Assembly (NCBI GenBank): GCA_031417555.1
Contig: JANOVV010000046.1
Span: 6,725 to 70,724, forward strand
From: Bacteroidota bacterium
GTDB lineage: Bacteria > Bacteroidota > Bacteroidia > AKYH767-A > 2013-40CM-41-45
DNA: 64,000 nt
Direction of reading: 5' to 3'
Below are positions 1-9,263 of the stretch, one piece after another. Position numbers and translations under genes: made by a program. The notes under the pieces are model-generated. The model saw only the letters and a program-made list of their open reading frames with translations. It was not told where the DNA came from and ran no database searches. Numbering within the stretch: position 1 is the first letter of the stretch; each line of letters begins with the position of its first letter.

Positions 1-243
1 GAAAAAATGTCTTCCTTAACGGATACAACTTCACCAATTTGTATGGAACGATCGAAACTTCCGGCAATTCCACAGTTAATTGCCAGATCGTAATGATTAT
101 TCTTTAATTGTCCGGTTAACGAATAAGCCGTAGCAACCATTCCAACTCCTGTAATAAGGAAATCTAACTCATGGTTTATTGATTTTATGCCATTTAGAAG
201 AGAAATTTCCTCTTTTGTCGCAGCCGTAATTAAAATTTTCATG
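1..243 (-). CDS. futalosine hydrolase-like nucleosidase (MqnB / MTA-SAH nucleosidase fold). Only the N-terminal 81 codons are present; the gene runs off the left edge.
   Basis: Hand translation of the reverse strand from the ATG at 243-241 gives MKILITAATKEEISLLNGIKSINHELDFLITGVGMVATAYSLTGQLKNNHYDLAINCGIAGSFDRSIQIGEVVSV. The LITGVGMVATAY and AINxGIAGSF patterns are typical of this family. It is absent from the ORF track because it is truncated. Confidence 0.5.
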
Positions 244-331
244 GCTTCAAAGATAACTCTTAACCTTAGATTCTTTAAACGATTATCTTTGTCTGCAAAT
301 CGATCGGTTTTTGATCGTTAATAATCTTAAG

Positions 332-742
332 ATGATATATATTACCCGCAGGGAAACGTTTAGTGCTGCTCACCGCCTGGCCAGAAAAGATTGGAGTAAT
401 GAGAAAAATAACGAAGTTTTTGGGAAATGCGCGAATCCGAACTGGCACGGACATAATTACATACTTTGGGTAACTGTAAAAGGTGAAGTAAATCAGGAAA
501 CTGGATTTGTCACCAACCTTTCTGACGTAAGCAATGTTTTAAAGCAATTCGTGCTCGACAAGGTCGATCATAAAAACCTTAATGAAGACGTAGATTTTAT
601 GAAAGACAAACTAAGTTCTACAGAAACACTTGCCATTGAAATCTGGAATCAAATTGAAAAGCCAATGAAGAAACTCGGCTGTGTTTTGCATTGCATTAAA
701 ATTCAGGAAACAGAAAAAAATTATGTTGAATATTTTGGGTGA
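332..742 (+). CDS. queD: 6-carboxy-5,6,7,8-tetrahydropterin synthase / 6-pyruvoyl-tetrahydropterin synthase family
   Basis: The ORF 311-742 contains YITRRETFSAAHRL and NPNWHGHNY, the PTPS/QueD signature with Zn-binding His residues. ATG 332 gives the usual N-terminus. It is adjacent to folE. Confidence 0.8.
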   Translation: MIYITRRETFSAAHRLARKDWSNEKNNEVFGKCANPNWHGHNYILWVTVKGEVNQETGFVTNLSDVSNVLKQFVLDKVDHKNLNEDVDFMKDKLSSTETLAIEIWNQIEKPMKKLGCVLHCIKIQETEKNYVEYFG

Positions 743-844
743 TAAATTTCTTCTTAAGATTATATTATCATATTATTTCAGACTTAATTATAATAATCGA
801 TTTCTCAAACCGTTATTTGTAAAGTAGTAAACTCCAAACTAAAT

Positions 845-1480
845 ATGTCTATCGACAAAAATATGATGAATGAAAATGAAATGGATGGATACGAGAAGAT
901 TGATCAATACAATCCTGAACGGATAAAAAAATTATCATCCAATTATAAATCAATTATTACCGAATTAGGCGAAGATGTTAATCGTGAAGGGATATTAAAA
1001 ACTCCTGAACGTGCAGCAAAAGCTATTCAGTATCTTACTCATGGTTACGATTTAGATCCGGAAGAAATATTGAAATCAGCTTTATTCCGTGACGAATACA
1101 GACAGATGGTAATAATAAAGGATATTGAAATTTATTCGATGTGCGAACATCACTTATTGCCATTTTTCGGGAAAGCTCATATTGCTTATATTCCTAACGG
1201 ATGTATTGTCGGACTGAGTAAAATTCCAAGAGTTGTGGATGCTTATGCAAGGAGATTGCAAGTTCAGGAAAGACTTACTACTGAAATCCGTGACTGCATT
1301 CAGCGAACACTCAATCCTTTAGGTGTTGCTGTGGTAATCGAAGCTAAACATCTTTGTATGTTGATGCGCGGTATTCAAAAGCAAAATTCTGTGGCTACTA
1401 CCTCTGCATTTACCGGAGAATTCGAGCATGAGAAAACAAGATCTGAATTCATCCGGCTAATATCTGCCAAACTTTCATGA
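845..1480 (+). CDS. folE: GTP cyclohydrolase I
   Basis: Motifs [20 protein letters not shown] and [11 protein letters not shown] are canonical FolE type 1. Confidence 0.92.
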   Translation: MSIDKNMMNENEMDGYEKIDQYNPERIKKLSSNYKSIITELGEDVNREGILKTPERAAKAIQYLTHGYDLDPEEILKSALFRDEYRQMVIIKDIEIYSMCEHHLLPFFGKAHIAYIPNGCIVGLSKIPRVVDAYARRLQVQERLTTEIRDCIQRTLNPLGVAVVIEAKHLCMLMRGIQKQNSVATTSAFTGEFEHEKTRSEFIRLISAKLS

Positions 1481-1589
1481 AAATTATAAAGGCAGGATTT
1501 TTGAATAATTCGGAAATAATTAACAAAAAAACAACATCTTAAATCAATAATAAAACAATAAATTTGTTCTAAATAAGTTAATAAAAACT

Positions 1590-2324
1590 ATGGAAAATAA
1601 TAAATGGGGTTTTAATCAAATCCAGCAAACGGGTGTTTCAGATCAACCGGTTGCAAAAACTTTTATGGCAAGTGTATTCTCCTGGATGGGAATTGCATTA
1701 GCGATATCTGCAGTAACAGCTTATGTGTTTGGTACAGATGCATCTTATATGAGCTATTTAATTAATGTACAGAGCGGTGGTCTATCAGGCTTAGGATATG
1801 CTGTGATGTTTGCTCCTCTGGGCTTTGTTCTGCTAATGAGCCTTGGTTTTAACAAACTTTCAGCAACTGCTTTATCCGCTTTATTTCTTGTGTATTCAAT
1901 TATCATGGGAATGAGTCTGAGTTTCATCTTTATGATGTATACAAGCAGCAGTATTTACAATGTCTTTTTTGCATCAGCTGCCATGTTCGGAATTATGGGA
2001 ATTGTTGGCTATACAACTAAAACAGATCTGACTAAGATGGGAAACCTTCTATTTATGGCTCTTATCGGAATCGTAGTAGCAAGTCTTGTAAACCTATTTC
2101 TTAAAAGTAGCGGATTAAGTTATGCAATCAGTTTTATAGCGGTGATTGTATTTACCGGTTTAACTGCTTATGATGTACAGAAACTAAAAAATATCGGATC
2201 AAGTGTAGAGTATGGTTCAGAAGCTGCAACAAAAATGTCAGTTCTTGGCGCTCTTACTTTGTATCTTGACTTTATCAATCTCTTCCTTGCATTACTTCGC
2301 TTATTCGGCAATAGAAGAAGTTGA
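1590..2324 (+). CDS. Bax inhibitor-1 / YccA family inner membrane protein
   Basis: 244 aa with about 7 hydrophobic helices. The C-terminal YLDFINLFLALLRLFG motif is typical of the BI-1/YccA family. Confidence 0.8.
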   Translation: MENNKWGFNQIQQTGVSDQPVAKTFMASVFSWMGIALAISAVTAYVFGTDASYMSYLINVQSGGLSGLGYAVMFAPLGFVLLMSLGFNKLSATALSALFLVYSIIMGMSLSFIFMMYTSSSIYNVFFASAAMFGIMGIVGYTTKTDLTKMGNLLFMALIGIVVASLVNLFLKSSGLSYAISFIAVIVFTGLTAYDVQKLKNIGSSVEYGSEAATKMSVLGALTLYLDFINLFLALLRLFGNRRS

Positions 2325-2347
2325 AAAACAGAATAAAGATTTTTTAA

Positions 2348-2385
2348 AGTGGAAATTTGGGTAACCGGATTTCCACTTTTTTTAT
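2348..2385 (+). terminator. rho-independent terminator after the BI-1 gene
   Basis: agtggaaat (2348-2356) pairs with atttccact (2369-2377), followed by a T-run. Confidence 0.6.
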
Positions 2386-2487
2386 TGTGTTTGCTTAGTA
2401 TAGAATTTAAACACTTTCCTTCATTTATGAAAAAACAATTTTCATTTACCGATTTCTGTTCGTAAACTTGCTTTCAAAGGAATGACA

Positions 2488-3375
2488 ATGAAAACATCGT
2501 ATTTATTTCCAGGTCAGGGATCTCAATTCCCCGGAATGGGAAAAGACCTTTATGAAAATTATCCTGAGGCAAAAGCTTTGTTTGAAAAAGCCAACGACAT
2601 ATTAGGCTTTAAAATAACTGAACTTATGTTTGCCGGTTCGGAGGAAGATCTGAAACAAACAAAAGTCACTCAACCCTCCATTTTTCTTCATTCAGTTATT
2701 CTTGCTCATACGATGGGTGAAAGTTTTAAACCGGATATGGTTGCCGGGCATTCACTTGGGGAGTTTTCGGCACTTGTTGCAAATAAGACGTTAACTTTTG
2801 AAGATGCTTTGATGCTCGTTAAAATCAGAGCATTTGCTATGCAAAAAGCCTGTGAAGCTATTCCTTCCACAATGGCAGCAATACTAAATCTCGACGATGC
2901 TATCGTTGAAAATATTTGTGCAGAAATTAGCGCCTCCGGTGAAATTGTAGTTGCAGCAAATTATAATTGTCCGGGCCAACTCGTTATTTCAGGTTCCATC
3001 AAAGGAGTCAATGATGCCTGTGAGAGAATGAAAGCGGCAGGAGCTAAGCGTGCTTTGATACTTCCTGTCGGTGGAGCATTCCATTCTCCATTGATGAAAC
3101 CGGCTCGTGAAGAATTAGCAGGAGCAATTGCAGCGACTCATTTTTCAACACCTGTTTGCCCGGTTTATCAGAATGTGAATGCCCGTCCGGTCATGGATCC
3201 TCAAATGATCAAAGACAATCTTGTTGCACAATTAACGTCACCGGTTCGTTGGACACAGACCATACAAAATATGATTAGCGATGGGGCAACAAATTTTATA
3301 GAAGTCGGCCCGGGAAAAGTTTTGCAAGGGTTGGTAAAGAAGATAAATAAGGATATGGAAGCGATGTCTGCATAA
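2488..3375 (+). CDS. fabD: malonyl-CoA:ACP transacylase
   Basis: FPGQGSQ, the GHSLGEFSA active-site serine motif and GGAFHSPLM are present. ATG 2488 (MKTSYLFPGQGSQ) fits the family N-terminus; ATG 2482 is an alternative start. Confidence 0.92.
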   Translation: MKTSYLFPGQGSQFPGMGKDLYENYPEAKALFEKANDILGFKITELMFAGSEEDLKQTKVTQPSIFLHSVILAHTMGESFKPDMVAGHSLGEFSALVANKTLTFEDALMLVKIRAFAMQKACEAIPSTMAAILNLDDAIVENICAEISASGEIVVAANYNCPGQLVISGSIKGVNDACERMKAAGAKRALILPVGGAFHSPLMKPAREELAGAIAATHFSTPVCPVYQNVNARPVMDPQMIKDNLVAQLTSPVRWTQTIQNMISDGATNFIEVGPGKVLQGLVKKINKDMEAMSA

Positions 3376-3536
3376 CAAGAAAGTCTGAACCTTGAAAAAA
3401 AGGATTAAAGTATTTCCTGATTAGTAGCAATTCTCTTTCAAGTGTTCGTTAAACATTGAATTTGTAATGTTATTGGTTGGGAAAAAATCAGAATTACTGG
3501 TAATCTATTACGATATTTAACCCTTACAATTTAAAC

Positions 3537-5066
3537 GTGCCAATCCTCAACTCCATATTTAGCTGGTTAATGAAAAAGCGGATCCATCAGATCGAACTTT
3601 TCATAAAATACCCGATGGAAGTACAACAGGATTGGTTTTTCCGGCTGATAGAATCTGCCAAAAATACTGAATGGGGAATTCGATATGATTTTAAATCAAT
3701 TCGGTCGATCGAGGAATTCAAATTAAGGGTGCCTATTCAGAATTATGAATCGTTGAAACCGGACATTGAGAGGCTTATGAACGGTGAGCAAAACATCTTA
3801 TGGCCATCAGATATTAAGTGGTTTGCAAAATCTTCAGGAACAACAGCGGGGAAGAGTAAATTCATTCCTGTCAGCACGGAGGCAATGGAAGAGTGTCACT
3901 TCAAAGGAGGAAAAGATCTGATTTCTATTTACTGCAATAACAATCCGGAGACTAAAATATTTTCAGGTAAAAGTCTGACTTTGGGAGGCAGTCATCATTT
4001 GAATATCAATAATAATGAATCAATTTATGGAGATATATCGGCAATCTTAATGCAGAATCTTCCATTTTGGGCTCAGATGATTCGTACACCGGAATTATCA
4101 ATTGCATTGATGGAGAATTGGGAGGAAAAAATTGAAATAATGGCATCTACAACACTCCTTGAAAATGTGACAACCATCAGTGGAGTACCAACGTGGACGC
4201 TTGTTTTGGCGAAACGAATTTTAGAAATGACAGGCAAAGAAAACTTGCTGGAAGTTTGGCCAAATCTCGAACTGTTTATTCATGGAGCAGTCAGTTTTGT
4301 TCCTTATAAATTACAATTCAATAAACTTATTCCTTCTTCGTCATTTAATTATATTGAAACATATAATGCTTCAGAAGGATTTTTTGGAATTCAGGATAGA
4401 TTGAATTCAAGTGAAATGTTATTAATGCTTGATTACGGAGTCTTTTATGAATTCATGCCATTGGAAGAATATGGTAAAAAGGAACCGCAGACAATTACAC
4501 TGGATTCGGTAGAGTTGAATAAAAATTATGCACTTGTTATATCAACAAATGCAGGACTTTGGCGTTATGTAATTGGAGATACAATTAAATTCACATCCAG
4601 AAATCCTTATCGGATAAAAATAAGCGGAAGAACAAAACTTTTTGTAAATGCTTTTGGAGAAGAGATTATCATTGAAAATGCAGATCAGGCAATATGTATA
4701 GCTTGTGAAAAAACAGGAGCTTTGGTCAAAGATTATACGATGGCGCCAATTTATTTTTCAGACAATCAAAACGGAGCTCATGAATGGCTGATAGAATTTG
4801 AAAAACCTCCGTCAGACCACGGATACTTTAACGATGTACTCGATACAGCATTGAAATCGCTTAATTCAGATTATGAGGCCAAGAGATTTAAGGATATTGC
4901 TTTACGACCGCCAATTATTAAAGCACTGCCGGAAGGAACTTTTTATCTATGGTTGAAAAACAAACAGAAACTTGGCGGGCAACATAAAATTCCACGCTTA
5001 AGCAATGACAGGCAAGTGGTTGATGAGATTAATGAGATGGTAGGGTTTAAGGAAACAATTAAATGA
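3537..5066 (+). CDS. GH3 auxin-responsive-promoter family (acyl-adenylate forming) protein
   Basis: 509 aa. The N-terminus SWLMKKRIHQIELFIKYPMEVQ and the SSGTTAGKSKFIPV AMP-binding-like motif are typical of bacterial GH3 homologues. The start codon is GTG. Confidence 0.75.
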   Translation: MPILNSIFSWLMKKRIHQIELFIKYPMEVQQDWFFRLIESAKNTEWGIRYDFKSIRSIEEFKLRVPIQNYESLKPDIERLMNGEQNILWPSDIKWFAKSSGTTAGKSKFIPVSTEAMEECHFKGGKDLISIYCNNNPETKIFSGKSLTLGGSHHLNINNNESIYGDISAILMQNLPFWAQMIRTPELSIALMENWEEKIEIMASTTLLENVTTISGVPTWTLVLAKRILEMTGKENLLEVWPNLELFIHGAVSFVPYKLQFNKLIPSSSFNYIETYNASEGFFGIQDRLNSSEMLLMLDYGVFYEFMPLEEYGKKEPQTITLDSVELNKNYALVISTNAGLWRYVIGDTIKFTSRNPYRIKISGRTKLFVNAFGEEIIIENADQAICIACEKTGALVKDYTMAPIYFSDNQNGAHEWLIEFEKPPSDHGYFNDVLDTALKSLNSDYEAKRFKDIALRPPIIKALPEGTFYLWLKNKQKLGGQHKIPRLSNDRQVVDEINEMVGFKETIK

Positions 5067-5875
5067 AAAAAGGGCGAAAATATTTTCAACGGACAATTGT
5101 TCTGTTTTTATTTTTATTCATTTTTTGTTCGGCAATAAAAGATGAATATACGTTGATAAATACTATTCCTTTTTCTGAAGCAACTTTTTTAACTACCGAT
5201 AAACTTGGCAATGCATATGTGATAATAGAAAATCAATTACTGCAATTTGATCAGAAGGGAAAACCAAAAGCAAATTACAGTGAAAATAATCTTGGTGCAC
5301 TTCGTTTTGTAGATGCTGGCAATCCAATGAAGGTATTGTTATTTTATCCTGATTTTGCGAAGTTGATACTGCTGGATTCTAAATTATCTCCGCAATCAAC
5401 TATTAATTTGAGAGAGTTGAAAATTAATCAGCCATTATCAGCATGTAATTCTAAGGAGAATGGTTATTGGGTTTATGATCGAGAAGATGATCAGCTTAAA
5501 AAACTGGATCAAAACCTGCAAATCATTCAAAAGAGCGGAAATCTGACTCAGGAAATAGGATATCAGATTCAACCGGGAATGATGGTGGAGGATAATGGGT
5601 TTGTATATATTAACAATCCTTCCAGCGGTATTCTTGTTTTTGATCGTTTCGGTGCTTATTATAAAACTATTCCTTTTAAGAATCTTGTAAATTTTCAGGT
5701 TATAGAAAAAGACATTTTGTTCATAAATAATAATAAATTATTCCGGTTCGATTCCGGTTCACTGTCAGAAACAGAGGTTCTTCTCCCTCAACACGATTTA
5801 ATCCGAACTGCACGCATTGAACAACATCAACTTTATTTATTAACAAGTGACACTCTGAAATTTTATTATTTTTAG
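5063..5875 (+). CDS. hypothetical exported protein
   Basis: The ATGA overlap with the GH3 gene suggests translational coupling. It has an N-terminal hydrophobic signal-like segment. No family was recognised. Confidence 0.5.
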   Translation: MKKGRKYFQRTIVLFLFLFIFCSAIKDEYTLINTIPFSEATFLTTDKLGNAYVIIENQLLQFDQKGKPKANYSENNLGALRFVDAGNPMKVLLFYPDFAKLILLDSKLSPQSTINLRELKINQPLSACNSKENGYWVYDREDDQLKKLDQNLQIIQKSGNLTQEIGYQIQPGMMVEDNGFVYINNPSSGILVFDRFGAYYKTIPFKNLVNFQVIEKDILFINNNKLFRFDSGSLSETEVLLPQHDLIRTARIEQHQLYLLTSDTLKFYYF

Positions 5876-5916
5876 TTTAGCAAACCATTTCACCAAAAAC
5901 TAAATCATTGAACACC

Positions 5917-6672
5917 ATGGCTCCAAAAATTGTTTCCGTTCAGAAATCAAATTCTAAAAAAAGCGATAAGGTTAATCCAGCAAAGTCGCTTCAAATGAAA
6001 ACAACACCTGAAAAAGCAGGTGAAAAATATTCACCTACTAAAAAACAACTTGCTCCTTTACATATTGCTATAGCAGGAAATATTGGTGCAGGTAAAACGA
6101 CATTAACTGGCTTGCTTGCCAAAAACATGAAATGGGAAGCTCATTATGAAGACGTTGATGATAATCCATATCTCAATGATTTCTATGAAGAGATGCAACG
6201 TTGGTCTTTTAACTTGCAGATCTATTTTCTCAACTCCCGTTTTGAGCAGATTACTCGTATTCGTCAAAGTGGTAAAACGATTATTCAGGACAGAACCATT
6301 TATGAAGACGCACACATTTTTGCTCCGAATCTTCATGCTATGGGATTAATGACGACGCGTGATTTCAATAATTATCTTTCTCTTTTTAATCTCATGAGCC
6401 GTTTTGTTTCTCCTCCGGATCTTCTTATTTATCTGAGAGCAAGTGTTCCTACTCTAGTAAATCAAATTGCACGCAGAGGAAGAGACTACGAAAATTCAAT
6501 TCGTATTGATTACTTAAAGCGTCTCAATGAGCGTTATGAAGCGTGGATTTCTACCTATGAACAAGGAAAATTGCTGATCATTGATATTGATGATCTCAAC
6601 TTTGCTGATAATCCGGAAGATATGGGTAAGATTATCAATAAGATTAATGCTGAGATTAATGGACTTTTTTAA
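5917..6672 (+). CDS. deoxynucleoside kinase (dAK/dGK family)
   Basis: P-loop IAIAGNIGAGKTTL, the DRTIYED motif and the RGRDYE lid motif are present. About 45 aa of K/S-rich N-terminal extension precede the P-loop. The start could be TTG 5908 or ATG 5917. Confidence 0.8.
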   Translation: MAPKIVSVQKSNSKKSDKVNPAKSLQMKTTPEKAGEKYSPTKKQLAPLHIAIAGNIGAGKTTLTGLLAKNMKWEAHYEDVDDNPYLNDFYEEMQRWSFNLQIYFLNSRFEQITRIRQSGKTIIQDRTIYEDAHIFAPNLHAMGLMTTRDFNNYLSLFNLMSRFVSPPDLLIYLRASVPTLVNQIARRGRDYENSIRIDYLKRLNERYEAWISTYEQGKLLIIDIDDLNFADNPEDMGKIINKINAEINGLF

Positions 6673-6696
6673 AAAAATAAAAATTTAAATTTGGAA

Positions 6697-6729
6697 CAGG
6701 CCTCAACTTTTGTTGAGGCCTGTTTTTTT
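6697..6729 (+). terminator. rho-independent terminator after the kinase gene
   Basis: A perfect 11-bp stem, caggcctcaac (6697-6707) / gttgaggcctg (6712-6722), with a tttt loop, followed by T7 (6723-6729). Confidence 0.75.
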
Positions 6730-6746
6730 GCTTAAAGTATTTCAAA

Positions 6747-7140
6747 CTCCCGCTGGGCGAAGTCTTAAGCGCTCTTTCCAAATTTTATTCAAAGACGTAT
6801 GACAACTTTAAGCGCGTGACTTCGTCCACGATGCGGCTTTGGAAATTGAAAAATTTATTTACTAGAAACTCACAAGTTCCGCCAGCTGGCGGATGACAAT
6901 GTGTATTTTGATTAAGAGTGCAGTCCACTTGCCGCCAAACAAAAGTTGTTACAAGAAACTAATTTTAATTGGCGGCAAGTGGACTGCACATGAATACATG
7001 ACATGGATGTCAACTTTAAAGGAACATATGAGATTTATAAGCCTCGCATGCCGCATCTTGGACGAAGTCACGCGCTCGAGGGGGGGTTACGATTTTGAAT
7101 AATTTGCGAGGCGAGCGCTTAAGACTTCGCCCAGCGGGAG
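6747..7140 (+). repeat. 394-nt structured repeat, copy 1 (nested long inverted repeats; MITE-like element or structured RNA gene)
   Basis: About 94% identical to 8769-9162 in the same orientation. Nested perfect or near-perfect helices: 6747-6774/7113-7140 (28 bp), 6812-6837/7050-7075 (26 bp, 1 mismatch), 6879-6892 (hairpin) and 6918-6938/6969-6989 (21 bp). Confidence 0.9.
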
Positions 7141-7237
7141 GCAATTCACTGTTCCATCTCAAACAATACTCTGATGTTTCAGGGTTTACACAAGATGACG
7201 GTAGGATTTGAATGTACTTAGACGGGGAAATAATTCC

Positions 7238-7245
7238 TAACTTTG
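7238..7245 (+). promoter_or_regulatory. possible Bacteroidota -7 promoter box (TAacTTTG) for the cyclase gene
   Basis: taactttg lies 31 nt upstream of ATG 7277 and matches the TAnnTTTG consensus. No well-spaced -33 TTTG is present; the nearest is 27 nt upstream. Confidence 0.3.
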
Positions 7246-7276
7246 ACGAGATTAAAAAGTAAATAAAGACAACAGC

Positions 7277-8617
7277 ATGGAAACAATGTTACTGGTAGGA
7301 ATGATTATTCTTCTGCCGGTACTTTTTTTTACCGGTTATATTACCGGAAAAAGAGCTACAAATGATTCGGTAAAAACGAAGAGAATTGAAGAATACCCGT
7401 TCTATCCGTTTATTACAAATGAACTTGGAATTGTGGAATTCAGCCAGCCGTTATTTAATGAAGCGGTGAGATACCTGATCAAAAACAAAAATCCTTTTGC
7501 GACAAAACAATTGATCATAATAGGCGAACAAAATATTGTTCGGGATATTCTTGCAACCGGTGATCTGAATAAATATTTATTGATTTATAATAAATACGAT
7601 GGACAAAAATTACTTTCGGAAAATGATCAGTTCATGGAAAATTACAAACGGATTGTAACGCTGTTCGGAAAGTCATTCAAAGGAACAGGAATGGAAATTT
7701 TGCTTCATAATCTTGTAAATCCGACAAAGTCTGTCATTGCAATTGAAAACGGAGAAGTGACCGGAAGAAAAATAGAAAATGGCACCACTAATTTATTGCT
7801 CGACTTAAAAACCCGAAAGCAGCAGAACCAGGATAAACTCAATTATAAACTTCAGATTGGTTCACGATTGTTTAAGTGCACTACCATTCCGATTTTCAGA
7901 AGAGATTACGGTTTGGTTGGCGCCATTTGCATTAATGTGGATGCAAATTTTATTAAGAATGAAGTAATGAACAAAAAAGAAAAGCTCGAAGCATTCATTG
8001 AAAATATTGTGAAAACAGATTTTGAACTTAATGAAAATATTCTTTCAAAAGAAGAATTCAAAGCTGCAATAGCAGGAAAGAAACATTATGCGGATGATGT
8101 GTTACTTTCAACTCCGGCTTTCAACAGGAATAACCGGCTGATGGCAATTTTGTTTTCTGATATCGTGAATTATTCATCGCTCATGGGAAAAGATGAAAGG
8201 CATGCATTAAATATTCTGGATGAAAACAGGAAAAATCATCAGAGCGGCATGTTAAAATATAACGGAGCGATTCTTAAAGAAATCGGTGATGGAATATTAG
8301 CCAGCTTCAATTCGGTATCGGATGCAGTTCAATGCGGAATTAATATTCAGAAAAAAATTAAAGAGACTGGTAATTACAAGTTAAGAATCGGTATACACCT
8401 TGGCGAAGTTTTCACGGCCAACAATGATGTATTCGGGGATGGAGTAAATATTGCTTCTAGGATACAGTCGGTAGCTTTACCTGGCACTGTTTCGATTTCG
8501 GAAGTAGTTTATAATAATATTAAAAATAAAATAGAAGAAGAAGTGGTATTTGCCGGAGAAAAACAATTAAAAAATATTAACATTCCGGTTAAAATTTATC
8601 AGGTGAATATTATCTGA
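7277..8617 (+). CDS. membrane-anchored YheO-like PAS domain / class III adenylate-guanylate cyclase fusion protein
   Basis: There is an N-terminal TM helix (LLVGMIILLPVLFFTGYI). The central LLHNLVNPTKSVIAIENGEVTGRKIENGTTNLLLDL resembles the YheO-like PAS domain. The C-terminal cyclase motifs are ILFSDIVNYSSL, KEIGDGILASF, IGIHLGEV and GDGVNIASRIQS. Confidence 0.8.
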   Translation: METMLLVGMIILLPVLFFTGYITGKRATNDSVKTKRIEEYPFYPFITNELGIVEFSQPLFNEAVRYLIKNKNPFATKQLIIIGEQNIVRDILATGDLNKYLLIYNKYDGQKLLSENDQFMENYKRIVTLFGKSFKGTGMEILLHNLVNPTKSVIAIENGEVTGRKIENGTTNLLLDLKTRKQQNQDKLNYKLQIGSRLFKCTTIPIFRRDYGLVGAICINVDANFIKNEVMNKKEKLEAFIENIVKTDFELNENILSKEEFKAAIAGKKHYADDVLLSTPAFNRNNRLMAILFSDIVNYSSLMGKDERHALNILDENRKNHQSGMLKYNGAILKEIGDGILASFNSVSDAVQCGINIQKKIKETGNYKLRIGIHLGEVFTANNDVFGDGVNIASRIQSVALPGTVSISEVVYNNIKNKIEEEVVFAGEKQLKNINIPVKIYQVNII

Positions 8618-8768
8618 AATATCGATCATCCTCAGTTTTGTTTGAGTTTAGTAAATTGCATGCAGAAGCTAATTAACTATGGCGCTTGTTTTATATGCAC
8701 GAAAATAAAGATTGCCATACAAAAAAAACATTAAATAATTAAAAGTGCAGTGTCAGCACGATAATAAC

Positions 8769-9162
8769 CTCCCGCTGGGCGAAGTCTTAAGCGCTCTTTC
8801 CAAATTTTATTTAAAGACGTATGCCAACCATATGCGCGTGACTTCGTCCACGATGCGGCTTAGGAAATTGAAAAATTTATTTACTAGAAACTCACAAGTT
8901 CCGCCAGCAGGCGGATGACAATGTGTATTTTGATTACGTGTGCAGTCCACTTGCCGCCAAACAAAAGTTGTTAGAAGAAACTAATTTTAATTGGCGGCAA
9001 GTGGACTGCACATGAATACATGACATGGATGTCAACCTTAAAGGAACTTATCAGTTTTATTAGCCTCGCATGCCGCATCGTGGACGAAGTCATGCGCTCG
9101 AGGGGGGGCTTACGATTTTGAATAATTTGTGAGGCGAGTGTTTAAGACTTCGACCAGCGGGA
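8769..9162 (+). repeat. 394-nt structured repeat, copy 2
   Basis: Direct repeat of 6747-7140 with about 23 differences including one 1-nt indel. The same nested helices are retained. Confidence 0.9.
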
Positions 9163-9263
9163 TTTAAGAAATGTTTCAACATCAAGAATGGGAGTTCCAA
9201 TCTTGATTAAATGAATACTCTTTTGGTTTTTTTTAAACCAATTTTCTATGTAGTCATTGGGAT

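Noticed and set aside
6893-7102. 69-aa ORF inside repeat copy 1
   Set aside because: The equivalent frame in copy 2 is broken by a stop (tac aag becomes tag aag at about 8973), and no ORF is listed there. The reading frame simply runs through the long inverted repeats, so it is not coding.
6747-9162. The 394-nt repeat considered as a retron msr/msd, a DGR TR/VR pair, an integron attC, or a self-cleaving ribozyme (AAGCGC ... GAGGGGGGG vaguely recalls twister conserved bases)
   Set aside because: No reverse transcriptase or integrase is nearby. Both copies are intergenic, so neither can be a VR. The differences are not adenine-specific. attC sites are much shorter and have a different architecture. 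The twister-like bases are ~300 nt apart, so the spacing is wrong, and no hammerhead CUGAUGA/GAAA core was seen.
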